Shown here: piece by piece, positions 51,291 to 63,432 of the stretch
Layout of the letters: each line of letters starts with the position of its first letter
Numbering within the stretch: position 1 is the stretch's first letter
Source of the DNA: Callorhinchus milii
Lineage: Eukaryota
Assembly (NCBI RefSeq): GCF_018977255.1
Contig: NW_024704742.1
Location: 102,548,001 to 102,612,000, forward strand
Direction: 5' to 3'
DNA: 64,000 nt
Translations under genes and position numbers: made by a program
The notes under the pieces: model-generated
Databases searched by the model: none
Told to the model about the DNA's origin: nothing
What the model saw: the letters and a program-made list of their open reading frames with translations, nothing else

Positions 51291-53085
51291 AATTATAATA
51301 TTATTCTGAAATATCATTATGTATTCAACAATCAAGGGCTTCACTGCCAATCCTAGCCTTCCCTCGCCTGCTGTCCACAAACAATACCCCACCAGGGATG
51401 GTAAGGAGAGCAGGAACCCAGGCTGAGGACTAGAATCAGCACTAATACTAGCCTCCCAGCCTGGTGATGCTAAACCCACTGCAGTTTTCCCCTGTGCTGC
51501 CCTGCCTGAGGCCAGTTACCTCAACACAGACCAGGGATCGGAATTGTAACTATTCTGTGTAGCTTAGTACCACACATCACGTGTTGTGTTTATTTAAGAG
51601 CTTTCTTACCCGATCCTGTTAATTTCTGGAACATTCTTTAGATTGTGCATAAGTTTCTGTGGAGATGTAAATCAGCAGGCAGCTTATACAGCTGTATTTA
51701 ATAAGCTTTCCTGTTGTGAATATCTCCCAGATGCAATCAGTTAGCGCACTGTAATCTGCTTTTGGGCAGAATTTCCTCCTAGCCTACTGTCATATCTGGT
51801 TTGTATATAAAATAATATAAAAGATGATAAGCTCAAGGGGGGAGAAAGAAGTTTTATTAGAACGTTAAAATGTAGGAGAAAGCAGGATTAGGTGACTTTA
51901 TGAAAAGTCGAGGTAACTGTAATGAGTAAACATCATTCTAATACGCCGTTTACACACTGACAAGGTATAATTCATGCACACTTTGTAATATATCATTTAA
52001 TTACAGGGAATTATAGTCTGCCAGTAGTAAACTCAAGTTTACAGTTGTTGTCTTTAAGAGAGATGTAGCGTGTTTCCCAGTAATCTATTTTCTTGTAAAT
52101 AGTTTCTTCTGTGAGACCAAGGTAGTATTGGTGGCATCCCCACAGCCCCCCCACCCCCATGATTATTTTTTACTGAAATATAAATGCAGCCTCAGGCCAC
52201 ACTATTAATGTCAGTGGCTAAAGCACCGCTTCTTATCATGGCAGATCGTGAGTGATGAAGTGGCCTTGTCAGAGCAGTCTTTCAGCCTGTGGCGGCAAGC
52301 AAAATAAATCCTTTTAATGATTAGTTGCTGCTGCAGACTGAAGGACAGTCCTGTGGCAAAATCCTAGTTAACAACCTTTAAAATGTTTGCTTCAATCTTG
52401 CTGTCTCTCAAGAAGCCCATTGTGTGGCTGTCACGGCTATTGCAAACTGCTGTCACACAACTGGGACGTGCCGGCAGCTTGCCATCCACTGCCATCTGAA
52501 AGGTGCTCGAGTGGCATTACCATTATGTGGCTGCAGATAAAATACTTAAACAGCGACTTTAATCCCCCTGTCATACATGTCTCACCTCCTGTAAATCCTG
52601 CATGCCTTCCCCACCCTGTACATTTCACATGTCTCTCCCCATACATCATGCACAACTCCCCTCTTCCCTCTATGTTCCATATGTCTTTCCCTCAATCATG
52701 GACGTCACACACGCCTTCAGTTGGGAGCTGAAATCTCATTGTAACCCAAACCTTCGTGTGACGTCCTGGGGATGCCCTGGAGGAGACGCTGTTTACTTCG
52801 CATGCGGTGCTCTTAGCCACATGGTGCTGATGCTGCTCGATTCATTTTAGACACCAGTGTCACAGCTGCATGTATCTGGTCTGTATATTGGCTTCAATGG
52901 GAGAAACAGGAGTAAATGTAACCATCGAATTGAGTTGATGAGGGTAGTGAAGTTGAGGGTTTTTTTCTCTTTTCTTTCTCTTTTCACCCTCCCCTCCTCC
53001 CCCCCCGCCATTCACTTTTTACATAATGTCAAATCTTATCCTTAATCGAATAGAATGACCTTGATTGTGTTTACAATAATGACAG

Positions 53086-53247
53086 GCCGCTTCAGTTCTG
53101 CCTTTTCCACCACCAACCCTCCTACAGCAGTTAAGGAGGGGTATGATGCTCTGGGGAGGATGCTGGATCAGAAGAATGTTGTTGTGTCCTCAGAAAACCT
53201 TGACCCGTACGTGGCCAATCCTCCACCCAATCGCCATGATACAAACG
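53086..53247 (+). CDS. SEMA6A: SEMA6A coding exon 18 (membrane-proximal stalk)
   Basis: aataatgacag|; (G)RFSSAFSTTNPPTAVKEGYDALGRMLDQKNVVVSSENLDPYVANPPPNRHDTN; |gtaagg; 162 nt, phase 1-1; aligns with human GHSSSLL...QEGYESRGGMLDWK...HQDKK. Confidence 0.9.
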
Positions 53248-56200
53248 GTAAGGCCTTGGAAGCCCTTCTTTCCTGTGGTGGGGCTGAACCACAATGGAGC
53301 TGCTTCCAGCTGCACCCAACCTAATGGTAACTTTCAAAATTAAGAAACAATAAATTGGGGATTCCTGCTTGGTTCTTGGCGTCATTCCCAGGTAACTGTA
53401 ACCGGCATTTCATTCACCCGATGGAGTTGTGTAATGAACAGGCTGAAAGCAACACTATCACTTTTCTCACCTTACCAACCCATCACCGAGACTCAATATT
53501 CCTCAGTCTTTATCTCATTGCGCTATCATTTTCCAATATGCTGTAACGTTTTAAAATCAAAATCTATCCATACAGTTTCAAATGCTTGTTATTATTAAAT
53601 TGTGCCCTATTTATTTTCCAAATGTTTGTTTATTCCCAATAATTATTTTCTTTCTCCCTCCCTCCTCCCCATCTGGGACGTATCTATATATAGATGTGGA
53701 GCCTGATCTGCCCACCCACTGGAAATGCTGGCCTTACACCCAGCATGTCCTGTGAAGGACTGGATGAGACGTCCCTGTGTACAGCATCCCCAGACACAAA
53801 GCACATCCTGCCTTGCGCGATGGGAAGAGCACGTATATGCTGCAGCACGCTGTACTCCTGGTACACCACAGCACACTGGCGGCTTGACATTGAATTACAT
53901 CTGACAAGCTTTGAATTGACAGCACAGTTTAGTCATAAGACCTTGTGCAGGTCAGGTACATAGTCAAGTCTTATCTCAGGGACTTCAGCTCACAACAGGC
54001 TGAGAATGAAGAGATGAAAGTATTTTTTTCCGTTGGCCATGAAGAGTCCTCCATGAAATGAGTTTAGATTGTTTCAACTCAGACTTAGTGGCTGCAAGTC
54101 AAGAGCACAAGATGTCTAAAAAGCCATATGGATAGCTGGTGTGAGAAGTGGGAAACTTCACACCTCTCCAATAAGAGGATGCCTTGTAAGGATAGGGTTA
54201 AAGCACATCTTAGATAAAATTCCGGGTCGAGATACTCTTGTTTTCTAAGCTTATGAGTGTGTGCAGACATTGGCACATTGTTGAATTCAGTCTTTAATTT
54301 GAAGCCAGTTTTCGAAAGCAATTTGGCCAACAATCTCCCAGATAAAATTGGTTATTCATTTCATGGTTTTCTGTGAGTCAATGCTGTGACCAAAATGAGC
54401 TACCATGTTTGCCTTCAAAATACACACTCACTACAGTTTAGAGTGAATCCCATGAAACGCTTTGAGACAACCCACTATCAAACAAAAGAACTTTTGTTAT
54501 TTTTGCAAAGAAACCACTTCAGAAATAAGGCTGTATTTAAGAATTTGTTAAATTCTGGACTCTCTGAAATGCTACATAAATAGAGTAAATCTAGACCCCA
54601 AGTAGAATTTCAATCCCATCATCATCATAATTTACTGAAGCATGACTGTATCTGGCCCATGTTATACCTGGCATGCAAGTTCTTCACAGTTAATCTGGTT
54701 GGAAAAACACATTCCACATCACTGACTTTCATGAGGACATTTCTTGTTTAAAAAGCACTTCATTTCAAGCCTGTTCAGTACATTATCCTAATAGGTGTAC
54801 ACCACACAATATTATTATTAGAACTATTCGGTGCCTACAATAAACTGTGTTTTTCTCAGCACATCCCAGTTGAGCATAAACCAAGGGGAGATAAAAACGA
54901 ATGAAACTAGGGAGCTTTAGATCTTGTGAACTGACAAACCTTGCTCAGCATTATCAAGAAGCCTGAGAATAATGCGAGTTGGAAACTTACTTCAAGGGTA
55001 GGTGAGGTAGGTGATATTGTTAGTCATTTAATGCTTGATGTATCTTAAAGTGGAAAGTACTATCTATAGAGTAAGGCTACTTTGTAAATGTACCTGACAT
55101 GAAAGGTGAGGGTAACAACGAAGAAAGAAAATGTCATCACAAAAATGAAATGGGTCCGTACGTACACCCCTTAACATGGATTGGCAAAAATTCCAACATC
55201 TAAGCTTCATATTTTCCTTTGGCTTTAGTTCTCTTTATGCTCAACTGTGGTTATTTCAGGGAATGGGCTGAGCCAAGAATCTTGGCCCCTTATTAGGGTC
55301 TCTTAATATTCAGTGCTCTGTGGAGCTCGATCTAATATGTTGTGCAAAAGCTGGAAGCAGTTTGTTGCGTGCGAAAAACAATGGTAGCAGAGGTGACTGC
55401 ATGGATTGGGTGCTGTGGTGTGGGTGTGCTTTAATCCGCTAAATTGTCAGTGAAGCTTGGTGTCAACTGCACTCGATGGTTTGATTGGAAAATGGATTTG
55501 ATTTTTTTAAAAAAACTTTGTGCCATGATTTTTTATTCTTCACACTTATCTGGACTTCTGTCTGTCCCCTCAGTTTGTTTTGCACCGTGCTGCATGGGGA
55601 TTCTTCCTGTTTATCACTCTGTTGACTTGCATCCGGTCACTTTTTTTAGAATGAAATCAGCGTGTGCGGTGTGACTCCATCTGCCGTTGTCTCCGTGCCT
55701 TTGCTGTGTTGCTGAATATTGCTCCTTTTTAACCACTTGCTTTCTGTGTTTCCCACTGGCTCCTTGGTTCATGGCGTGCCCATATGTTCAGCCATCTTCC
55801 AGTTATTTCTTCTTTGAAACAAAATGAAAAATTACGGACTTTACAGAATTACCTGACTGGTGGCTTCACATAGGCACGGCATTGTGTATGCAACAGCTTC
55901 TTGTACTTAAATGTACTCTGGAATTTTTTTNAACAATCAAAAATAGCCCAACTCTTGTTTGCTTAAAATCCTGTTGAATTTGTACAGTCAAATTGAGTCG
56001 ACCATTTATAACTTAAACAAAAAAAATTTCAGAGTATGCTTCTTGCTGCCATATTTTTGTAATAAACTGATCATTGACTCACCTTTAGTGACAACTGATT
56101 GTTGCTCACCAGTCTAACCCTCCTTTCTGCTGCCATTGTATTCAAGACCTCCCTTCCACTGAGCATTTCATCACCCTGTATGAAATGTTCCCAAGGCCTC

Positions 56201-57859
56201 ACAGTATGTAGTACGATTCTTACTAACAACCAAAATGGAAAATTCACTTCAAAGTACAGTACAACTAAAACCCTTTTTTTTCCTTTTAGGAATTGACCAT
56301 TCCCTTTCTTTTCTCTCTGATCTCTACCCGCATGCACTTTCAGTCCTTACGTAGCAGTTCCTGATCTCTCTCATTGTGTCTTGAGTCAACAATATATTCT
56401 TCTCCCTCCCCTTCATCTCTCGAACCCTCCGATGACTGGGAGCTTGTGTAGTCTCTTTGTCTGTATGGTATGGATATTGCACTCATGTCATGCAGGGGTT
56501 TAGAATTGCTGGTTTATCCAATTTGATGCCAGAGAGCTTTCATATCTGTACCTTGTATCCGTGTGCCACTTTGTGATATTCTCTTGAACAAGTGAGATTG
56601 CAGATACAATTCCATTCTGCAATGCAGTTTTCTCATAACTCTCATAACTGATATACTGTAATGTACAGACAGGATTGAATTTCTGAGCCATCTGTAATTT
56701 ATTATCAAGGCAGACATGAAGACCGCTGCCTCTTGCTTATGACAACTACTATTATCTGGTGCTCAATGTTCCCATCTTCCCACTAATTGGAAGGCTTGGT
56801 GGAAAAAGAGACTAAAGCCTTGATGCAGACTCAAACCTCAGTGCCCTCAAGATTGTGGACTGAGCTTTTGTCCCGATCAGCAGGGTTGACTGTTGCCATA
56901 TGGCTATAAGCTCTCCTGCAGGGCAGTTGCCAAACTCTTGTTGTGTTTGCTCCTGTTTACTCAGTAAACCTGCAAAGTAAATATCTTTCATAGTTTATTT
57001 TGCTGTAACAGCCAGCACTGTGTATATTTTAACATGTTTTGTTTACAAGGTTTGCATATTGTTGAAAGGATGTATTCGATCATTTGTGGGAATTTTACAT
57101 CAAATGTTAGCCCAGGCTGCTGGACATCCATTAATATGAAGAATTCTAACCTATTCATTACAATTAATACAGGTTGTCATCACACCATTACTTCGGAACC
57201 AATGTGTTTCTAGCTTATGATTCAGACATTATTCACTTGGAAATGTTACGGGCCATGACTACTTATATGCAGTGATTTATGTAATTTAAAGACCGAGGTA
57301 AACAGATGTGTGTGTGTGTGTGTGTAATATTGGTGTGTATCTAATGGCCTATTTAGCTGAAGGAAAACAGTGGACTTCGAGAAAAGATTTACTTCACTAA
57401 GTGGCCTTTTTGGACTGCATTGTTTTGAAAGTTGTGACTTAAAGACTGACAAATAGTGTCTGCTCAGCGGCTGACACCAAGATGGAGTGTGGTTGCATTT
57501 ACCCAGCAGACCCCCAACTCCCCCCATCAACAAATAAATTGTGCCCTTATATTGACCCCACAGCTGGTGTTAACAAGGATTTACTGTTTTTGTTTAAATA
57601 CAAGCTGCATTTAATGTCAATTGGATAGTGATTTAGCAAAGTGTAAATTAAGATAGAATTATTCATGGGTTTTTATTTTTGACATTTCTTTGCTGAAATG
57701 CAAAACATTTTAAAATGCAGTGAGCTGTACAGTCTGAACGTTTGCATTCATGCAATTGAGTAACAGTGCCGGAGGGTGTAATTAAATAATCACTCGATCA
57801 TCATGTCTCAGCAACTTTCACGAAGGACTATTTGTTTCAGTATCAATAGACCAACCCTT

Positions 57860-58090
57860 CCCTGGCTTACTGAGCCCTGGACATGGCTCAGATAGCTGAT
57901 TTCAGCCGGGGTGACAATGGGGGCACTTCAACTACAATCTGCCCCGGTCTCTTCTGGGTCAGGAGGGAACAATCAGCTGGACAATTCATTTCTGCTAACT
58001 ACTCAGTGGTCCCTGCTGGAACCAGTGCATGTGTCTGAGCATCGCATAAGCGAGTTTCGGTAAGCATCGGTTTCAGCTGTAATGGACTTC
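57860..58090 (+). mobile_element. Family B ancient SINE-like copy
   Basis: cagatagctgatttcagccgggg...actacaat...ggagggaacaatcagc...cagtggtccctgctgga. Confidence 0.55.
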
Positions 58091-59528
58091 CCCACTCGCC
58101 CTCTTTTCTTCGAGGGGAGGACTCCCCTTCTGTACTCCGAGGCAGGATCCCCCCAACTCCCGCTTCCCCTCCCGAGGGCAGGATTCCTCCCCTCCCCTCT
58201 CTCAGGGCAGGATGCTTTCATTCCCCCTCCTTTTTTGGGAGCAATTCTCCACTCATCCTTTGACGAAAGGTGCTATGTCAAATGCAAGGATTAGTATTAC
58301 TTTAATGACTCGTTTGGTGACCAGAATTAACTCACCTACCGACTCGTCTAAAGTCTACTCCTTTTTTGAACTGCAGATACTTGTAGGAATGCTGCCATGA
58401 AGTGAGCATTTTATTCAACCTCGGGCTTTGTTTCAAGGCCAAAGCCGTCTATTATGCACCATATGTAAGCCATGTGCACAGAAGAAATTACGGATATCTT
58501 TAATTTCATAATTGACAGCCAATGCAAAGGATTAATTCTGCATTTTTTTTTACATAAATCTGGGCACATTTCATTCCTATTCTACACGTCATCACATGAT
58601 GCATAATATAAGCCCACTGCTTAGACTTATTGAAGAGCACAGCTAGTTGAGGTTTCGTGAGGCCAACTGACTGACCTTTTGCAGAAGCTGCTACAATTCA
58701 GATAATATTAAACTGCCAGTGATTTACATGGACTATGCCCACCTCCAGGGCTTTGCTCAGTTGGGCTTGCCTTCCTTTTTTGACATATGAAACTCAAAAG
58801 GGTGAATGGCTGAGTGGTTTCATCAGTACTTAAACATAGACCCTTCTGATTTTACCTGAGCTACCCAGCATAGTATTGCTTTGTCCATATATTTGCCTTG
58901 TAATATTCACAACTCCACTGGCTGTTTGTTGTTGTGAAGAAATTCAGATTATAGCTTTGGAAGCACCCTCTGGTTCTCAGGGGTTTTGTAAGTTACAGCC
59001 CAGTATCCTAGATCATATGTCCCACTGGAGTTTGGTTTCACAAGAATTCTGCCCAATATTATTGTGATATTTTCTTTGTAAACTGTGTAAGAACTAGGAG
59101 CAGTGGGACTAGAGGAGAAACTGCATTGTTTAAGTTGTGCACATGCTTGCACTTGTAGGCCACAGTTCACTTTGACCATTATGCTGATTTTCCTTTCTCC
59201 AAGTTTTTGAATCTTAACTGTACAGTCCACCTAATAGCATAAAACAGCTGCATTGGGCGTGAGGCTTTTTATTGCTCTTTTATTGTACATGACTTGGCTC
59301 CAATGGAAAATGAAGCAGCCTTGTATAGTACTTGAATATCTGTGTCACATGAATGTTCATCACTCAGAAGTGAGTAGCTGCCGTGAGAGAGGAGATAATG
59401 TTTTATTTTATAGGTTGCAAAATGGTGTTGTGCAGGCTGAGGATTCCATGACCTGTAAGTGTGAGTGTGTAAGAGAATGGCAATGATTTTCTTGTGCACT
59501 AAACTCTGTCTAATGTCTAACGTTTCAG

Positions 59529-60703
59529 GAGTAATTCGCGAAAGTTACCTCAAAGGCCACGATCAGCTTGTTCCGGTCACCCTCTTGGCCATTGCAGTTA
59601 TCCTCGCCTTCATCATGGGGGCAGTTTTCTCTGGGATCATAGTCTACTGCATATGCGATCATCGGCGGCGAGACATCGACCTCAGCCGGAGGAAGGAGAA
59701 AGAGTCGTCTCATTCACGCAGAGCTTCCATGGCCAGCGTCACCAAACTCGGTGGGTTGTTTGATACACAGACAAAGGATCCCAAACCAGAAGCTCTGCTC
59801 ACTCCTCTGATGCACAACGGTAGAATGGTGACTCCTAATGGCACAACCAGAACACTAATCAAAGCTGACCAGCACCATTTGGACTTGACGGCCCTGCCGA
59901 CTCCGGAGTCTACACCCACCTTGCAGCAGAAGAGGAGAATGAGCCGCGGGAGCAGCCAGTGGGAGAGGAACCAGAACCTGATCAATGCCTGCACGAAAGA
60001 CTTGGGATCCATGGGATCCCCAGTCATCTCCATGGATCTGCCTCTCCATGCATCGCCCAACCACATCCCAAGTGTTGTGGTCCTTCCAACCACTCAACAG
60101 AGCTTCCAGCATGAATATGGAGATCAAGGGCACCGATCAGACATGGGGCACATGACTAGTGAAGACCAGAATGCCACACTAGAATATAGAAGTATGAAAA
60201 GCCCTTGTCATGGATTGGTAGCGAGCCTAGATCACATACCACCCAAAGTCCCTCAAAGAGAAGCCTCTCTTGCATCCAATAATTCGGGTTTGCCTCATAA
60301 TGGTCTGGGCAAGCGACTGGACGTCCCTTCTGCTTCATATGCAATTGAATACAAGAGAAACTATCCCAGCAACTCCTTGCAAAGAAATCCTCAGACATCA
60401 GCATTCAAAAGAAACCACAATACTAACTCCTCCAATTCCTCTCACCTTTCGAGGAACCAGAGTTTTAATAGGGGAGAGAATCCACCTCCTGCACCACAAA
60501 GAGTGGACTCCATGCTCGTGAGCGCAGGCCAGTCTCAGACGCAGGCTGTGACCATATCGAGGAGGTCGAGCATCAATGCAGCGTACAACTCTCTGCCGAG
60601 ATCAGGAGTCAAACGCACAGCCTCTTTAAAACCGGATGTCCCACCAAAACCTATGTTTGTTCCCCTTTCAAACTCCATGAAGCCAAATGATGGGTGTACA
60701 TAA
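59529..60703 (+). CDS. SEMA6A: SEMA6A terminal coding exon (TM helix plus proline-rich cytoplasmic domain)
   Basis: cgtttcag|; (G)VIRESYLKGHDQLVPVTLLAIAVILAFIMGAVFSG...ALPTPESTP...WERNQNLINAC...PPKVPQRE...PPPAPQRVDS...LKPDVPPKP...MKPNDGCT*; matches the 59465-60703 ORF from its GVIRES onward. Confidence 0.98.
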
Positions 60704-62227
60704 TCCTGACGGAAGGCAGGAAATTACATGGACCCTGCTTTCTGAGTCAGTGCTTTGCAACCGCAACACCGGTTTTGTTTTACAAAAATAAAAAGCTGAT
60801 GATAAGCTGAGGATGTTTTCCCCCTTCTCCCTGGGAAAAGTGGAATCTTTTCTTACAACTGCAACAGCTACTGAACTCAGTGTCTGAAAGGTTGGGGTTA
60901 GCAGCTATTGGACTGCCGCTGTCTAAGTGGGGGGTTAACAATCGATGCACACTAATGGAATGGAATGATGAGCCAAAAGCACAAAACTGTGGCAAAAAAG
61001 TGTCATGTCTTCTTGACCCAACAGCATATTAGTCTCTTGGGAGATGTTTGAAATCAAAGCACTGAAGAAGTCATCTTGGACTTAAAGAAATGGCTGAAGT
61101 TTACTGTTTGCAGATACTGTGAAATGCCTCTCAGTGTTACATCCGCTTGGTCACAGCAGAATACTGCCTCTTAGGCAAGGCTTCAGCCTACATCTCTGCT
61201 ACTGTCCTCCTTGTAATGATTAATGTGACTATTAACACTTAATAGCTCCTGGTATTTATTATTTAAGTGCTATTTCAAAAATATGACTGACTCCTTCAAA
61301 TGAGTTTATGGATATCTCTTAAGAAAAATCACAAAGAAGTCTAAAATGTAATGATGTTTGTAATTATTTAAGTCAAGTCAATTAACTGGAGACATTCAAT
61401 GCTTTTTTAAAAAGTAACAATCCACTAACAATATGGAGGTGGAAATCTGAGCTCAGTGTTTCTACTCCGCTGCTGGCAGGGTTATCAAAGTGCTGAGGGA
61501 GGGAGGGGGAAAGGGGGAAGGAAGAAGGGGATATTTATTTTATTGTGCCAGGTGGTCACAGGTTCATTTCATCATCCGTGGTGAGCTTAAGGTGGTGGGG
61601 TGGGGAGGGAGGGGGGAGTAACGTGTCTATGAAAATGTCCCAGTTTGTCCTCCTGAGAATGAGGAAGCGGGAGAGGAAAGAACTCTGAATCCATGCACAC
61701 AGATGGCGACACCATCTTTTAGCAAGAGGATGTTATGAGGATTTCATGGTCCTTTTGGTCTTATCAGTAACTGATATTGCAACAAGGGTGCAAACGTGTC
61801 ATGTGCCAGTCAGCTCAGCTTTGCATGTGGGACAGCCGAGCATCGCAGTGGAGCTGGCATATTGCTGAAAAGCAAGCTGTTACCATGCATAAATCATACT
61901 TTTATCGCGCTGGTTCTGACTGGGAATACATCTGTGTGACAAGCCTCTTTTTCTTCCATGTGTAAATTTGTGCCTTACAACATCAATTGTGTACAGTTAG
62001 CTTGTAGTCTGCAAACACGTTTCTCCTTTTTAAATAACACACAGATGTGAGCGCACACACAACACACACATACACACATTGTGCTTCTTCTACCTAGGTT
62101 TGGCCCATTTTTTGGAATGAAATCAAGTTTGAAAGCAAATACAGTTTTAATCCCCAGTCCCCAGAGAAATCACAATTGATGATGTTCATGCTATGCTCGT
62201 GCCAATCTTGCACCCCCTGCCCTTCTC

Positions 62228-62250
62228 CACACACACACACACACACACAC
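62228..62250. repeat. (CA)n microsatellite in the 3'UTR
   Basis: Direct reading. Confidence 0.9.
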
Positions 62251-63432
62251 GACTGCCTATTTGTGCAGTTCAATTGCATTTCTCTGGATGTGATTTTTCT
62301 TTTTTATATATATATATTTCATTTCAGCACTGTAATACGATGTATTCCCACTAGATAATTCAGACAGACGGATCTGCTTTAATATGGTTTGTGTGGATGG
62401 CGGGCAAATAATTGTGATCTGATTGGCTTGTGCTTCGTTTAAAGGCACCACAAAACCTACATAGTAAATGATAATTGAATTGGCAAAGGCAGTCTTAAAG
62501 CAGGCTGGTTCCTGCTGTTTTATCACTGCTGTAAGAGCACCCAGAAGGATACAGAAAACCTTTTGGCACAACTGGTTTTAATTATTGTTTTCTTTTTCGT
62601 TTTCAGTTTCTGAATCACGCTGAATAGAGTGTTTGTTTTTATCTGTTAAATAATTGTCAAACCTGTTGTGGAAATGAGGTTCTGAAATCTACCGTTCTGT
62701 ACAAATTTTGTTTTCTCCCTTATTTTCCTTTTTTTTATTTTTGTACTTTTATTTTGCTTTTTGCAGTTTGGTTTTTCAATTGGACAATTACTTGCAAGTC
62801 AGCTAGTTTTTAGAATGGTAGCTAGATAATTCGATAAGGAACTAGACCAAAGTGTGTAACAAGGGTGCATGTATATTCTACTTCCGTGTCCTTCATCGTC
62901 ATTACTTCATTATGTTAGCTATCGTCGCTGCATTCCTTTCCAAGTAAAACTTCAAGACAGTTTAATTTAACTGTGTACATTTCAGGCAAAAGAGGTCTCA
63001 TACCTTCCTTCTGTTGCTTCTGTGTGATGGTATATAAGTTAACTCTCTGGGTGCAATTTTAATGTATTTTTTAGGATTTTAACTTGAGAAATGTATTGCA
63101 GTACTTTATGCAAGAGTTCTGATAAGTTCATATTGAAAGGCCAATATGGTACTCACAGAGTTAATTTGATTCAAAAATGTGATGTCCTATGTAAATGAAT
63201 GGTAGTTGAGCTATTTGCTGCCTTTTTGTTTTGGCAGTCTTTGTGCATCCCTCTCTGCCCCTACGCGTGCCTTTGGAACTCACCCTTGATATACACTCTT
63301 AGATACAACAGTCAGATTCTGGTTGTGTAATATGTAAAATATTGTGATGTCAACACAATCTTTCCCTCAGCTCCACGTCCCTAACATCCAATTCACAACT
63401 CAAATGTATGTTGTAAAAAAAACTCTTTAATT

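Noticed and set aside
53051-53085. Alternative acceptor TAG at 53053 for the 162-nt exon
   Set aside because: Adds 32 nt and shifts the frame; protein similarity supports 53086.
56271-56500. Strong pyrimidine tracts with acceptors at 56289, 56343, 56354 and 56357 as an extra stalk exon
   Set aside because: The first two hit TAG at 56352 in phase 1; the latter two have no phase-1 donor (atg|gtatgg is phase 0), and I recognise no homology. Cannot be supported without transcript data.
59465-59528. N-terminal MCKRMAMIFLCTKLCLMSNVS of the 412-aa ORF
   Set aside because: Intronic; homology starts at the acceptor 59528/59529 (GVIRES).
59525-60521. Antisense and alternate-frame ORFs over the last exon
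   Set aside because: By-products of codon structure in a long coding exon; no independent evidence.
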